A stretch of 64,000 nucleotides of DNA, taken from contig ADNK01000140.1 of NCBI GenBank assembly GCA_000320545.1, positions 124,001 to 188,000 of the forward strand. Reading direction: 5' to 3'. The notes beneath the pieces are model-generated. The model did not search any database. It was not told the origin of the DNA and saw nothing but the letters and a program-made list of their open reading frames with translations. Every line of letters begins with the position of its first letter. Positions within the stretch are counted from its first letter, which is position 1. The stretch is from Bigelowiella natans CCMP2755. Its lineage: Eukaryota > Protista > Cercozoa. A program made the translations under genes and the position numbers. This document shows, piece by piece, positions 12,841 through 24,939 of the stretch.

Positions 12841-13050
12841 TTTGGATTCTTCGATCGTTGGATTCGATCGTTGGATTGTTCCTACTCGCTTCGATCGAGC
12901 TTTCCAACACTCAGAAATGCGGTGTGAATTTACTCATGTGACAACCAAATTTACATGCAGCACAGAAATAAATCGACGGCGTTCTTCCTTCGAGCAGAAT
13001 CAGAATGGGAAGGCTCTCAGAAATATCTAGGTTAGATTTAGATTGCAAAA

Positions 13051-15118
13051 ATGTGGCAAAATTCCTTTGAGAAGAAGGCGTTAGTGTTGCAACGAGCAAC
13101 CGGCAACAACAAACCGCAACAACGACAACAAGAAGCAGTTTCTCGAGCTTTGAGGCATTTCTTTGTCGCTATCATTTTTAGCCATGCATTCATCGTGTCA
13201 ATTTTTTGCAGGGATTTGTCGTTGTGTGTGCCTTCTCAGCCATGTCTTCACATGACAAGCTCTGCCTTGCTTTGGGGGCCAGATCTGGTTGTTCCTTCGA
13301 CTGACAAAGAAATCGACAGGGCTTTCCGTCGAACCATTGTCCTGCTTGACAATTTTGCTGCTGTTCGCCATTCCAATTCCTAGTGTCAGTTGCAACCTGG
13401 TCACACTTCAACTGCACCAACAAACAACATCCATGCCAGCATGGCAACTTCATCCTTCGTGCGGCTCCGGCGCTTCAGATGGGTTGTCAACTGGTTTTTC
13501 ATGTCTCATCACCAACAGGGTGCTGACAAGTCCTTGCAACGAGTGTTGTTGAGGCTCTGCTGCACGCAAACGCCTGTCTCCCATGTGGTTCTGGCGCACG
13601 TGGATTTGATCAACGCTTTGTTCATTCTTCATTGTTCATTGTCAGGATTTCCTGGAGGATTTCCGAACTTTCTTCTTGGACTCTTTCATTCATGAAACGC
13701 AAAAAAGCAGAAATGGAAGTGCAATTCGCTCCGTCCAGGACGACCCCGGACAAAGCTGCCACACTGGCACACGTCACGCTGGCACGTGCACGCATGTGAG
13801 CCAACCCTGCTGGCTGTGATGGTCTGCAGCACGTGGACGCGCGCGCGCCCGTTGGAAAAGGATTGGCCGTCAGCTCGGTGTTTGTTGTCACGCGTGCTTC
13901 AATTGACCCCTGTTTGTTCCGACGAATCGATTGCGCGTGCGTGTTTTTTGCCCCTTCTTGTTCTGGCCTTCCCGCTCGACCAATTGTGAACAGCACGTGC
14001 AACGCAAGCACAAACAACGCACTGAGTGAACAAAGCGCTCGATGTCATCAGAGGAAAAGAAAGTGGAACGAACGAGACGGAAGCCACTTGTCAAAGTGAA
14101 GTGCGAGCTGGGTGCGCCGTGGCAATGCACGGTGAAATCAGCTGCACGCATTCCTGCCCATCAACCGACACGTGCGATGAAGGTTGGCATCAACGATGTT
14201 GCGCACTTTTGCCCAGAACGCGGGATTTGACAAAGCCCATTGCGATTGCAAAAGTTCAGAGGTCCAGAGCTGGAGAGGTGAGTCTGAGTCACAACTGGAA
14301 AGGAAGGACAGTTTTTCTGGGGTGTCCGGGATTGGACAAACCACCGGCTGCTGTCCGGCGTTTGAGCAAGAAGTGCTTCAAGACCGCCCACGTCCAGACG
14401 TCCTCGCACCCCACGTTCCTTTTGAGGAATGGACAGGAGGAGCTTGAGGTGCAGAACAGGTGCGAAACACCCGCACGTTGGTGTGGGTGACAGGGTGTGT
14501 GTGACCCCACGGATCCGGATGGATTCTGGGCGGACGACGGGGGTCATGGTCGGGAGTGTGCGGACCCCGCGGTGACCTGGTGGATGGTCAAAATCATCGG
14601 GTCCGGATGAGGTGCTTGCGACTGGGGGAGGTGTCATGCGTGAGGCAACAGCCATGGCCAAATCCCTTGCAGCATGCCAGCGTGCTGCTGGCATGGTTGA
14701 GTCGCGCGCACTTCGGGAGGCGACGACAAGGATTCAACAAGTCGCCTCCGAGGAACGCAGTGGGATCAATCAGGTCAGATTTGGCACGCAGCTAGACAGT
14801 TGTCGCACCAACACGAATGGCTGCCATTGCGTGCGCATTGTTTTGCAGGTGCTGAAACGTTCAACGGCTGTCAACATGCACCAACCATTTTGCCATCGGC
14901 AGCCATCGCATTGCCACGCAGCTCAAAATTGCAAAAATCCGCAACGTGAAAATTTGCCCACTGACGATGCACTGCTGCTGAGCGAAATTGCTAGAATGAC
15001 ATGGCAAAAATCATGGGCACAGCACGTGTCTTTCATCCAAATGATTTGCATCTTTGTCAAAACGACATCGCGTTTGCTCTCCACCTGCTGCATCAGGATG
15101 ACCATTGAAAATTTTTGA
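13051..15118 (+). pseudogene. Degenerate spliced gene relic, almost devoid of TpA
   Basis: + strand splice-like signals (ttttttgcag ~13211, ttgtcag ~13645, GAG|gtgagt ~14278, CAG|gtcag ~14774, ttttgcag ~14848). Exon-like reading frames contain no Tyr and are rich in His/Cys. It occupies the slot where strand alternation predicts a + gene. Original product not recognised. Confidence 0.5.
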
Positions 15119-15375
15119 TCACTTCGTTGCATCTGTCTGATTGCATGCACGTTTGATCACACATCAATGGACATGCTAGCATGGGTGTCCAAGTGTGTCA
15201 CATTGATGGAGAAACAATCTTCTCGCGAGAGGCAGAAAGCAAAAGAAATTCACAGCAGGACAAAACGTGAACGAAAATTCCCAAGTTGCAAAGTTGTGCA
15301 ATTTCAAACTCACATAGCTCCATGGCCATGTGATGTAGATGTGCGTCTTGCATGACTCCATCATCACCACTGTTT

Positions 15376-18300
15376 TTATGAACAAATCTTTTGGTCTGGA
15401 TCATCATATTTTCCCGCTTTGTCTTGGACGGAGGGCCTCCTTTCATCGTTAACTTTGTTTTCATCTTTTACAGCATCATTTTTTTTGCTGAATCTCTTTC
15501 TCAGCATTTGTTCGATTGCTGGCCAAAGGCCTATTGCGGACCCCACTGAAAGCAAAAGTTTGAGCAGCCAATGATTTTGCCACTGTCAACAAAATAGGGT
15601 GAATACATTGCATAGTTCTAGTACTTCTATGTTATTTTGAAGCTTCAAATGGTCATTAAACGCTTCAAATTGCGTAAATTATAATGAGCAACAATGTGCT
15701 GTGGTGGGCATAATGCCTGACTTTCGAAATTGTAAATTTTATGATTTTTTTTTAATGTTTCTTTGCTGTGAAATTGATTTTACATTTAAAGCAATTTCTT
15801 ACCTTTTCGACAATAGAGCTCAAAGTCCATGGCTTGTGTATTCGTTTATCTTCCACTTCTAACAATAGCTTGAGACAATCCCGCACTTTATGGAGTTCTG
15901 GGAGAGGATTTGAATTGGAATTCGAGGTGCATCCAGTGCAATAGCGAGAGGCCTCGTATACTCGTTTCACAACAACCCCGTTTTCAATTGGAAAGTCGGG
16001 GTAATTCCAGATCGGTTTAGCTCCTTCATTCTCCAAACAATTATTGCATTCCCCGATGTAACCCTGAAAACAATAAAGGTGTAATGGATGTGATGCCTGT
16101 TGTTGATGGCATTGGTAATGGTGGCGGTTGTGACAATTGTGATTGTTTGGATGTGCTTACAACCTTCAATCGTAGCAGCAGTTGGTAGTAGAAATTATGC
16201 AGGCCCTCATTATCTGCATCATGACATAGCCAAGAGCGAGCTGCTTCAAGCTCGGCTTTAATGTCATACCATGGGATATTGTTACTTTTGGCACAGATAT
16301 CACTACTGCACCACTCGCTACCACCATTGATGTTTTCGTAAATTTCATTGTCGTCATTCTCAGGAGACTTAAATTTAATGTCATCACTCACATCTCCTTC
16401 CTCGACTTCCTTTTCCTCTTCTTCACCTTGCTCTCCTCCATTCCATCCCCCCCTCATTTCGTCTTTTTCATCTTTTTTGTTGTCATCCCCTTCCCATTTT
16501 ATTGTTCTCCATTCTTCTTCCTCACCCATTAATGACTCCGTTTCACTTGCTAAACTAATAGGCATAAGAGTACGACGTAGCCACTGTAGGGCCTCGCCAT
16601 TTCTCGGGTTTCTAAATGCCGTATGCGTGGTTGGTGTCAAATGTTCATTCATCAGCGTGTCGTGCATCCCAAATAGAAAATCATTGAACTCTTTCTCCTT
16701 TTTGCGCAATGTATCAATTGCAATGTGCAATTCGTCATGTTCTTTCCCAGTATCGTCGTTGCGTACAGTGTTTGCCAATCCAAGAACCTGCGTTTCCGCT
16801 TCACGAATCTGATTAAGGTGCCCGATGTACCATTTGCAGTACCACTCCTTTTGGTACAAAGGATTTTTGCTAAGAGCATTCATCACTAGATTCATGGCGT
16901 CCACGCGCCACTCTTTCACAAAGGTTTCAATCTGCTCGTCGGGCATCTGTAGGAACTTTTGTTGCAGCATTTGGGACGTCAGATAACGATGCAAAAACAT
17001 GTCAAATACAAGGTGATGCATACCGTCACCGTCAAGAACCATATCATCAAATGCCTGGCCCACTCTTCTCTCTTTTACGGCAACATGTACTGGTAGTAGG
17101 TCTCTCCACAAGATATCCCATTTTCGTTGGGACATTAGTGAAAGCACATTCTCCTTTTTCCAAGGATCAGAATTCATGGGCACCATATAGTCACGATCAG
17201 ATTTTATATTCATCCGGTCGATCACAGTTCCTAACTGTGTCAAGATTCGAAAATCTGCAGCACATCCGTTGTGAGTTTCTATGGCTACATGTCTATTTTC
17301 TCTAGGAGCTAATCGCCAGTCTTGAGGATACGTGCATCGTCGATCTGAATGTTTTTGCACTATATGTACAAAACAAACGTTACGTGTCCAATAATCCTTA
17401 TATGAGTCAACCATCTCACACCCAACATTACATGGGCCGGTGTCGCCATCTTGTTTGCCAAAAAAATCGAGAATGGCTCCAGCTCCCATAGTCTGGACTC
17501 TATCACTAATTGCTGTGATTTTCTTCTTTATGAGCTTATTTGATTCTGCTATTGAATGTGCGCAGTCACTAACCTTTCGACCAAAAAAAAAATTCATCAT
17601 GTGTACATACAATCGAGGTTATCAAAACAGTTATAAATTTTAATTATTTTTTTATTGAATCACACAACTTGTGCAATTTCACAACGCGCATTTAGTTACC
17701 AGTTTGCTTGGTTGGAAGTGACTGCGTTTGAGTCCTCGTGCTTCCCACTCCTTTTTGAAACCTTTCTCAAGATCTTTGCCTTCCTTCTTAGTGTGCTTCC
17801 CCCTGTTCTTCTCCTCTCTGATTTTATGAGCATGATCTAGAGCCTTTACGCGGGTAAGCTTCTTTTCTCTTTCAATGCGTTGCATGATCGGCTGGAAATA
17901 GTGGACAGCATCTTTTAGATGCCCATTTGAACGCAGCAGATCTATTTCTACATCGATGGAGGATTCCTTTAATCCCTGTTCTCTTCTCTTCCTATGGAAA
18001 ACTTCAGTTTGTTGAGCGAAACTGCTATCTTTGTATGCAGCTGCAGGCTCTGTGATGACAAGCCGCATGAATTTGATTTGTTCCACCTCCTCTCTGTTCA
18101 TCGGAGCAACGCATTTCCCGTTTGGCCAGGAATCTGCGCAATTCTTTGAGCTTTGGATCACGCCAAAACGACCTTGGCCATCCTTGCAAGTTGGGTCCGG
18201 GATACCGTCTGCATCACAGTCCCTGCATTCGAACAGCTTTGGTAAGTGCATGTTGATTCAAACAACGCTCTTGGAACATCAAACATGGGGTGAAATTTGT

Positions 18301-18424
18301 CTATGAATGCTTGGCACCTTATTTCGAAGTCAGCTCCTTCGTGTGAGCACCATCCATTAGCTACCTTACATGTCTTTGCTAGCAGTGCAACTGGAAGGAT
18401 TGCGACGAGGATTAACCTTGCCAT
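15376..18424 (-). CDS. Secreted hypothetical protein with an N-terminal small Cys-rich domain, multi-exon
   Basis: Signal peptide MARLILVAILPVALLA. GT-AG introns join ORFs 18158-18424, 17679-18251, 16041-17612, 15752-16036 and a last exon ending ...DQKICS* (TAA 15376-15378). Confidence 0.7.
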
Positions 18425-19212
18425 GGTGTTCAGACCTTTCGTGTGAATTCCCCCAAGATGTGTAACATCGCAGCTGATATCCTGTTATCTAGTCTGTCTT
18501 AGAAGTGATGCACAAAAGAGGAATATCTGACGTTAAAGAGATATGCAACAAGAATTTGATTACAATACGTGAAGAACAACTGCAATTCCCTGCATACCTT
18601 GCTGTTCAACAATAATGGTCCACTCTTCTCGTACAGACTCTCTCTCTCTCTCTTTCATTTATTCTCTGGAAATCCTAGGAAATCCTGTTAGATCTAGATA
18701 TCTGTTATTATTTCCAGGAAATCTCTGTTAGCTTTTTGCCCAAACAACATCATCGATCATTTTTTAGGCAAATTTGCCTGAAATCACGCTACCTGTCAAT
18801 CAAACGAAGAGAAGGAGCTTTTCCTGTGGTCGGTTGCTTTTGACGCTGATGTAGCAAATATTCGAGAGACAAGAAGAATAAGGTAGACTCTTATGTAAAA
18901 TGGCCTGGGTAGAGCAGACACCATCAGCAATCCCTCCATTTATGCAAGATTTGTTTATTTGGCATCATTGTTCCGGCAAGGAGTAAATGTACCGGTAGGC
19001 ATCGATCTCTACATAGCAGATCATGTGCATGAAAAGCCGTGCTGCAGAAGCCGTGCTGGATATCTTTTTCGGAAATCAATTTCAAGATCCGAGAAGCCTT
19101 AATCTGCGCTAGCAGGTAGGGTGCACGTAGAAGGCATTGTGCTGCTGCAGTTTACCTCATCTCCGGAAGGTGAATTTTGCAATTGTAGGTCGAAGCATCT
19201 GAAGAGACCACG

Positions 19213-21647
19213 ATGTTCAATGAAGGCAACAACAACAACGATGACAGTCCCACATTGCTCTCCAAATCATCATTTTTTGAATCCAACACAGTCAAGGCTG
19301 TCGAAATCATCCACAATAGCTCAAATGTGAAAAACGATGGCATGGTCCAATGTAAGAAAAGCCCCCCCGGTTTCCTTTCGGATGTTACAATATTCCTACA
19401 GCAACTCGACCTTGGACATCACGCGGAGAATCTTAAGAAAATAGGCTACTCTACAATGGTCAGTTTGAAGAGTCTCACGATACGACAATTGCTGGGTTGG
19501 GACTGGTAAGAATGAAGGAGTATGAGACTTTACAATATCCGCTCAATCCTGATTCCATAAGCCATTGTAGGTGCTACGCAGAGGCCCATCGTCTCCTTGC
19601 CGCCATCAGGGCGTATATACACAGTACTTTAATCCAGAAAATACTACGGAACCAATTTTCGATATGAAGGAGTTACCCATGTTTCTTTTGCAGATCACGA
19701 TGAGAAGGATGGAAGTGGAAGTCCCAGCGGGGGAAATCCAAGTTCTCATCGAAATATACGAAATGATGGTGATGAACCAAACAATACTCGCAGCGACAAC
19801 AAAAGAAAAAGAGCTGCTTCTACATATCCCCCTCGAATCCAGGAAACAAACTCTCAAAATTCTTCACCTCCTATAGTAACTTTTCATTCCGAAAAATCAA
19901 TTTCGTCTTCTATTGGGCAGGAAATGAAGAATGTAGAGGCGACGAGGGCGGATGTTACTAAAAAGAGAAAACTAGAAGATGAAAGAGACTTTGAGTCACA
20001 AGAATTATTAGAATCGAGACATAAACAGATAAATTATGAAGTTCACATTAGCAAAACAAATCAAACGAATTCAAACAGCAACACCAATTGCTCCTTATCC
20101 TCCGCCTCAAAGCCCAGTGAAAGTAGTAGCAGTACACGGAATGACGAAATAGGGCGAACTTTCCATGGCCACAATGAAAGAAAAAGACTAGAGTGAGTAT
20201 TTGTAATATGTATGTGTACGTAATACCGTCGTACATTCTTTTCTTGCTTTCACTGTTCAATCTGTCCAAATGAAGTAAATACCATCATATAGAAATGAGA
20301 TGACATAGTAGAGTCTTTGTTTAGGACGACTGAGAATTATTCTTTACTTTTCTTATTGTGCCTATGATTTGCTGTTATTTCGTCGGTGTGATGATTACTA
20401 AAAACTTGTTCTATTGCTAGATATGCTCTGGACGTACTAGGGGCGAATACGATTAAGGCAATTCTCAAAGTTCACGTGGCATCAGGCAGTGAGGGAGTGA
20501 GAAAAGTATTTTTAACATTTAGTCATCAGTATTTCCTTTTCCTTCTTCCGATGAGCATCATCCTACACTCCTACTGACAGCAACGCAAGATTTGCTAGAT
20601 TGCTAATTGTATGCGTCATCATCGTTATCATTATCGTTGCCATCGCTGTCATCATTATTATCATTTATATTGTATTAGGTAGCAGCTGTTCTGACACCTG
20701 AGCTTGCTCCTGCTGTTTCAGAACCTTTAGCTCTTTGTTTTCGATGTGGAAATCGGTGGGTCAAGCTAACTAATTATGACAAGAAGACAAAAACATAGTC
20801 AAGAATCTTGATCTGCTCGGTCAATACTTCTCCGAGTAATACGGATGATTCTCTCAGTATTGCTTGACATATCACATGTTTACACCAGGTTCGATCCGCA
20901 GTACAAATCTAAATGTGTTATGCCACACCCTACTGAAGCGGTATTAAAGTAGGAAGAGATAAAGAATTATTTCCAGAATCCTTTTTCCTCTCACTATACC
21001 GCATTTTTTGGTCTAATTACAGGTTGAATATGAAGAAGTAGATATTACATTAGGTAATGAGATCAACAAATTTTCTTTTTTAAGCTGCCTCTATACTAGA
21101 AGTTATCCCAACAAAGAAGTATGTGAAGAAGTATGTGACATGATATACAGGAGACAAACGCTTCGACTTCAAATGTAGTCTCTGTTCAAAGAGTTGGCAA
21201 TCTGCAAGGTGTCGATCAGCATGACCGTTTTCTGTTCTTGTTTCTCGTTTTCAAACCTTCCTTGAAAATACATCTTCATTTCTAGTTTTTCATCCTGGTG
21301 TGCACATGCTAAGAATATTTTGTACTTCAATGCATATAACCCAGCAATCAGTATAGAGAACAAATTACTTCCAATGAAGAGTCTGTATGTTGGAGGGGAG
21401 CTCATGATCCGTACGATGAAGAGGTATTGCACGTGTTATTAATTAAAAATGAGTACAAAATAAAAATGAGTGCGATAATGCACGTAAAAACAATAGCATT
21501 ATTGAGTAAATATCTCCAACTCCGCCGAACTAGTGCTACCATGCATACATTCAGGTTCGCCAGAGGGAGGGTTGGGGAGATCCCTTAATCTTGGGTGAAG
21601 ATGCGACGAACTATGTAGAACTATTAAAGAAATCAAAGGTAGGATGA
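19213..21647 (+). CDS. SAM-domain protein with C-terminal Cys/His (putative zinc-binding) region, multi-exon; 5' end uncertain
   Basis: DVTIFLQQLDLGHHAENLKKIGYSTMVSLKSLT...AHRLLAAI fits a SAM fold. Later exons give CFRCGNRFDPQYKSKCVMPHP, FKCSLCSKSW and CWRGAH. NLS-like KKRKLE. Confidence 0.65.
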
Positions 21648-22683
21648 CAAAAATAACTTGTTGATTCAGCTGATACCAGTACATAACAGGAAAAGGCAGC
21701 AGGCGTCGGTCAAGTGGCATTTGATGTCAAGCAGCCCGAATACAGGTCACGAATTTGAAATATAGATGTACATTGCGTACGAGTCATGACTGTCATGACT
21801 TATTCTACGAGCGAAGCAGCAGTGAAAATCTGTGCTGATTAAGAGCTTTGGACGTACATTACGATGTAACACCTTCTTATTTTACTTGCAAGTATTTAAT
21901 AAATTGGCCAATTTCATAGTTACTCTGGGCTTGTGTGTGCATTGCTGTGCTACTCACATTTCTAGCGTTGTCTGCATGTATGTAGACGACGCTTTGCAAT
22001 AGCTCCATATATTAGGACATCACGACTGTTACGTTGAAAAACACAATAATTTCATTGCATCTGTCTATTTCACATTTGTTATGTCGTGGTGCATTGCATA
22101 TACCATCGCACGTTGTGCTTAATTGGCTTGCGTGTTCCCTGCTAGCAACTGCAACGCTACACTAGGATGACAATTCCAAAATTTTGACACATTCATTACA
22201 TCTGTCTCTAGGTCGATCTGCACTATAGTGCAAACGCTGTGCGCATGCATAGCACACAAGCGTGACGTTCTTCTAGTCTTGTTGCTGCCATTTACATTTG
22301 TAATTTGTCTTTGTACAGTTCATTAGCACAGTCATGCGCGCGAAATTGGCATTGCACCATGAATTTAAATGTGTGTCAAGTCATGACCTGCACATGCGCG
22401 TGTACACATGCATGCACAAAAGCACACATTGTGTGACTATGTGAATGTGTGTGCATTGTTGTTGTTCTTGATGTTTTTGCTGTTGCTGTACGTTGTTGTT
22501 GTCATTGATGATGATGATGAGGAAGATGTAACGTGTGCGGCGCGTGTGCAGAGACTTGCAGCTTGATTCAGGACTGCTGCTGTGCAATTTATAAAGTTCA
22601 GAGTTCGTTCTCAGGAAACAAAAAAAATGTTTGCTTAAGAATATTGTAATATTACAAGAAAGTGTGCGCGTGTGTAAAAGAAT

Positions 22684-23391
22684 TTAATGCTGCTTGGTCG
22701 CCATGGTAGAGGCTAGGGCAAGTATTCCTAATTTCATAGCATCGCCGAACTCTGCCATATCAAGGGTGCCGTTTTTATCAGCGTCCACCATCTTCATGAC
22801 CTCATCAGTGGCGGTTCTCTTCTCTTCATCTGTGAATTTTTCCCCCAGTTTTGCCATTGCAGCCATCACCTGAGACATATGATAATCCGTGTAACGGGTA
22901 TTTGTGTTTTAAAATGATGGTATGGTAAGCAGCGAAACAAAGCTTCACGAGACTAGAGCACCTTTTCAACAATTGGAGTCAATTCCTTCTTATCTATAGC
23001 CCCTGATTTATCAACATCAGCATCTGCGAAACCTGCCTTGACTTCTTTCTCAAAATCCTCTTTGCTTATCCCAAATATCTTTAAAGCACTCTGGAACTTT
23101 TCACCTACATGATACAAAGGGAAGGGGGGAAAAGTAAGCAAGGAATTAATAGATTTGTGGATACGTAGCACATTCTTTTCTGGCAAACCCAGAATGAAGA
23201 CTCAAACATGGCCGTAGGGAGTGTGGTCATCAAAAGAGGCACTCATCACGACCTGCGGACTCCGACATTTTCGTGTCTGATTTTGTTGCATCGGAAGAAG
23301 CACATTTCCGGGATTGATTTCGAGGCTGCGTCTTGAACCCTGACATGTCGCACAGGGATATTGTACGATGATACTCGTACTGCTCAACAAC

Positions 23392-23424
<33 letters not shown>

Positions 23425-23498
23425 GACAACCATAATCCACACAACCCACAACGCCAGACGACGACGACACCACCCGAAACTGGAGTAGGTCGAGCCAT
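22684..23498 (-). CDS. Two-EF-hand calcium-binding protein with a bipartite (signal + transit-like) leader
   Basis: EF loops DVDKSGAIDKKE and DADKNGTLDMAE. N-terminal poly-Leu hydrophobic stretch followed by an R/S/Q-rich segment. Three exons. Confidence 0.8.
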
Positions 23499-23593
23499 GC
23501 GACGCACATTCGGTTGAGGAGAGCGCACTCAGTTTCTTATTTTCCAGCTATGACGCACTATTACGAATCATAGGTCGAATATGGGGGTCGTTG

Positions 23594-24939
23594 ATGGGAA
23601 CCAAGCCTCCAGAATCGCCAGTCATACCTACCAAACCGCAGGTGCCATATGAACGTAACGAAACAGATCTTGAGGATTTTTTAATGTGCTTCTATGATCT
23701 CGACACTTTCAACAAGCAGAATTTGGTTGGGTCGACTGTTTCACTGTGTTTGCATTCGATTGCTATTTTCAGTAATTGCCTGGGAGAGTAATTGTCGCCC
23801 ATTCATTCAAGATAATTACTGTAGTATGGCAATCATCAAGCTTATCGAACGATAATCTGTGTTGATGTTTCAGGCAACTCCAGCGCAGTCCTCTGCTTTC
23901 AAGGCCTCTAGAAGTATCCCCCGAAACTCAGGTGACTCCTTTTAAATGGTAGTCGATTCTCCTATCTCATAGAGTCTACTCAGTTCTACGGACACGTGCG
24001 GTTTCCGTGACAAGTTTTGACCTACCACATATCCAAAAATTATTTCAAGACCTAAAGAGGATAGCGGTGAGCTATTCTTTGAAATGGCCTTGCAACCAAT
24101 CAATTGACAAAAGATGAATGCGCATTTTTATTCTTGAAACTTATTCCAGAAACGGGAGAATCTTCTATCTCTCGCAGCTCCACAAGTAGGTCTTTCATTC
24201 CGAGTATTTGTCTTGGATCTTTCAAATAAGCCCAAAGGTGTAAAACATTCAATGTGTTTTGCGAGTCATGTTTGAATTTCCTCTGCTTTACTAAGACGGC
24301 GAATTGAGCATTATCGTGAATCCTGAAGTTCTTGAGCAAAGCAAATTGAGAGTGGCGGCAGATGAGTTTTGCTGCAGCTTGCCAGGGTGCGTTCGGTTTG
24401 TGTCGAGAAAGACATATACTTTAACTATATGGTTCATTAATATAGATAACATCAGTGGGTTGGTTGTCTGCTAGGTTCACAGTGAGTGTTCCACGTCCTC
24501 AGGAGATCGAGGTTTCTTACCAGACCGAGGTACAAAAATAAAATGAATATAATTTCGTATTTCTTACCAATTTTGCAACCTCTCTCAGCAAGGGGAACAC
24601 GTGGAGACCAGTTTAAAAGGATTGATGGCTCGTTGTTTTTTGGTGAGTTAGATTGTACTTACAGCGTCACAACCAATATACATAACTCTTTCATTTCAGC
24701 ATGAGCTTGATCACCTTGAAGGAAAGATGCATACTGACTACGCGAAATCGCCTTATGATATCTCTGAGCGAAGGAATTTGGTAACAATTTTTGTTTATAG
24801 CAAATTGTCATTGAAAAGGCATATTTTTCACCTTATATTTCAGGATTTGATCAGTGAAGAAGGCCTTGTCACTCTTCTTAAGCAACAGCAACGGATTTTA
24901 ATAAAGGAGAGAAAGTTGCAAAAGAAGCTTAAACGATGA
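23594..24939 (+). CDS. def: Peptide deformylase-like protein (atypical motifs), multi-exon
   Basis: Spliced product: VLRTRAVSVTSFD...LLSLAAPQVGLSFRVFVLD...IVNPEVLEQS...DEFCCSLPGFTVSVPRPQEIEVSYQ...GLMARCFLHELDHLEG. All three PDF motifs occur in the correct order. Confidence 0.85.

Noticed and set aside
12841-12880. Tandem ttcgatcgttgga repeat just upstream of the VWA5A start
   Set aside because: Only two to three short copies, not seen at other promoters; insufficient to call a regulatory site.
13230-13470. Possible J-domain (TDKEIDRAFRR...WQLHP) or SET-like fragment in the relic
   Set aside because: The pieces are in incompatible frames and lack HPD or other diagnostic motifs.
13181-15314. 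CpG methylation decay or classical RIP as the cause of TG/CA richness
   Set aside because: CpG is plentiful, and TpA, the RIP product, is the missing dinucleotide.
13051-15464. Dense overlapping ORFs on both strands suggesting a compact viral or transposon cassette
   Set aside because: Absence of TA removes TAA/TAG stops, so frames stay open by default. No transposase, RT, integrase or capsid motifs were seen.
15752-18424. Four consecutive minus-strand ORFs resembling an intronless viral insertion or operon
   Set aside because: They join through GT-AG introns into one spliced gene.
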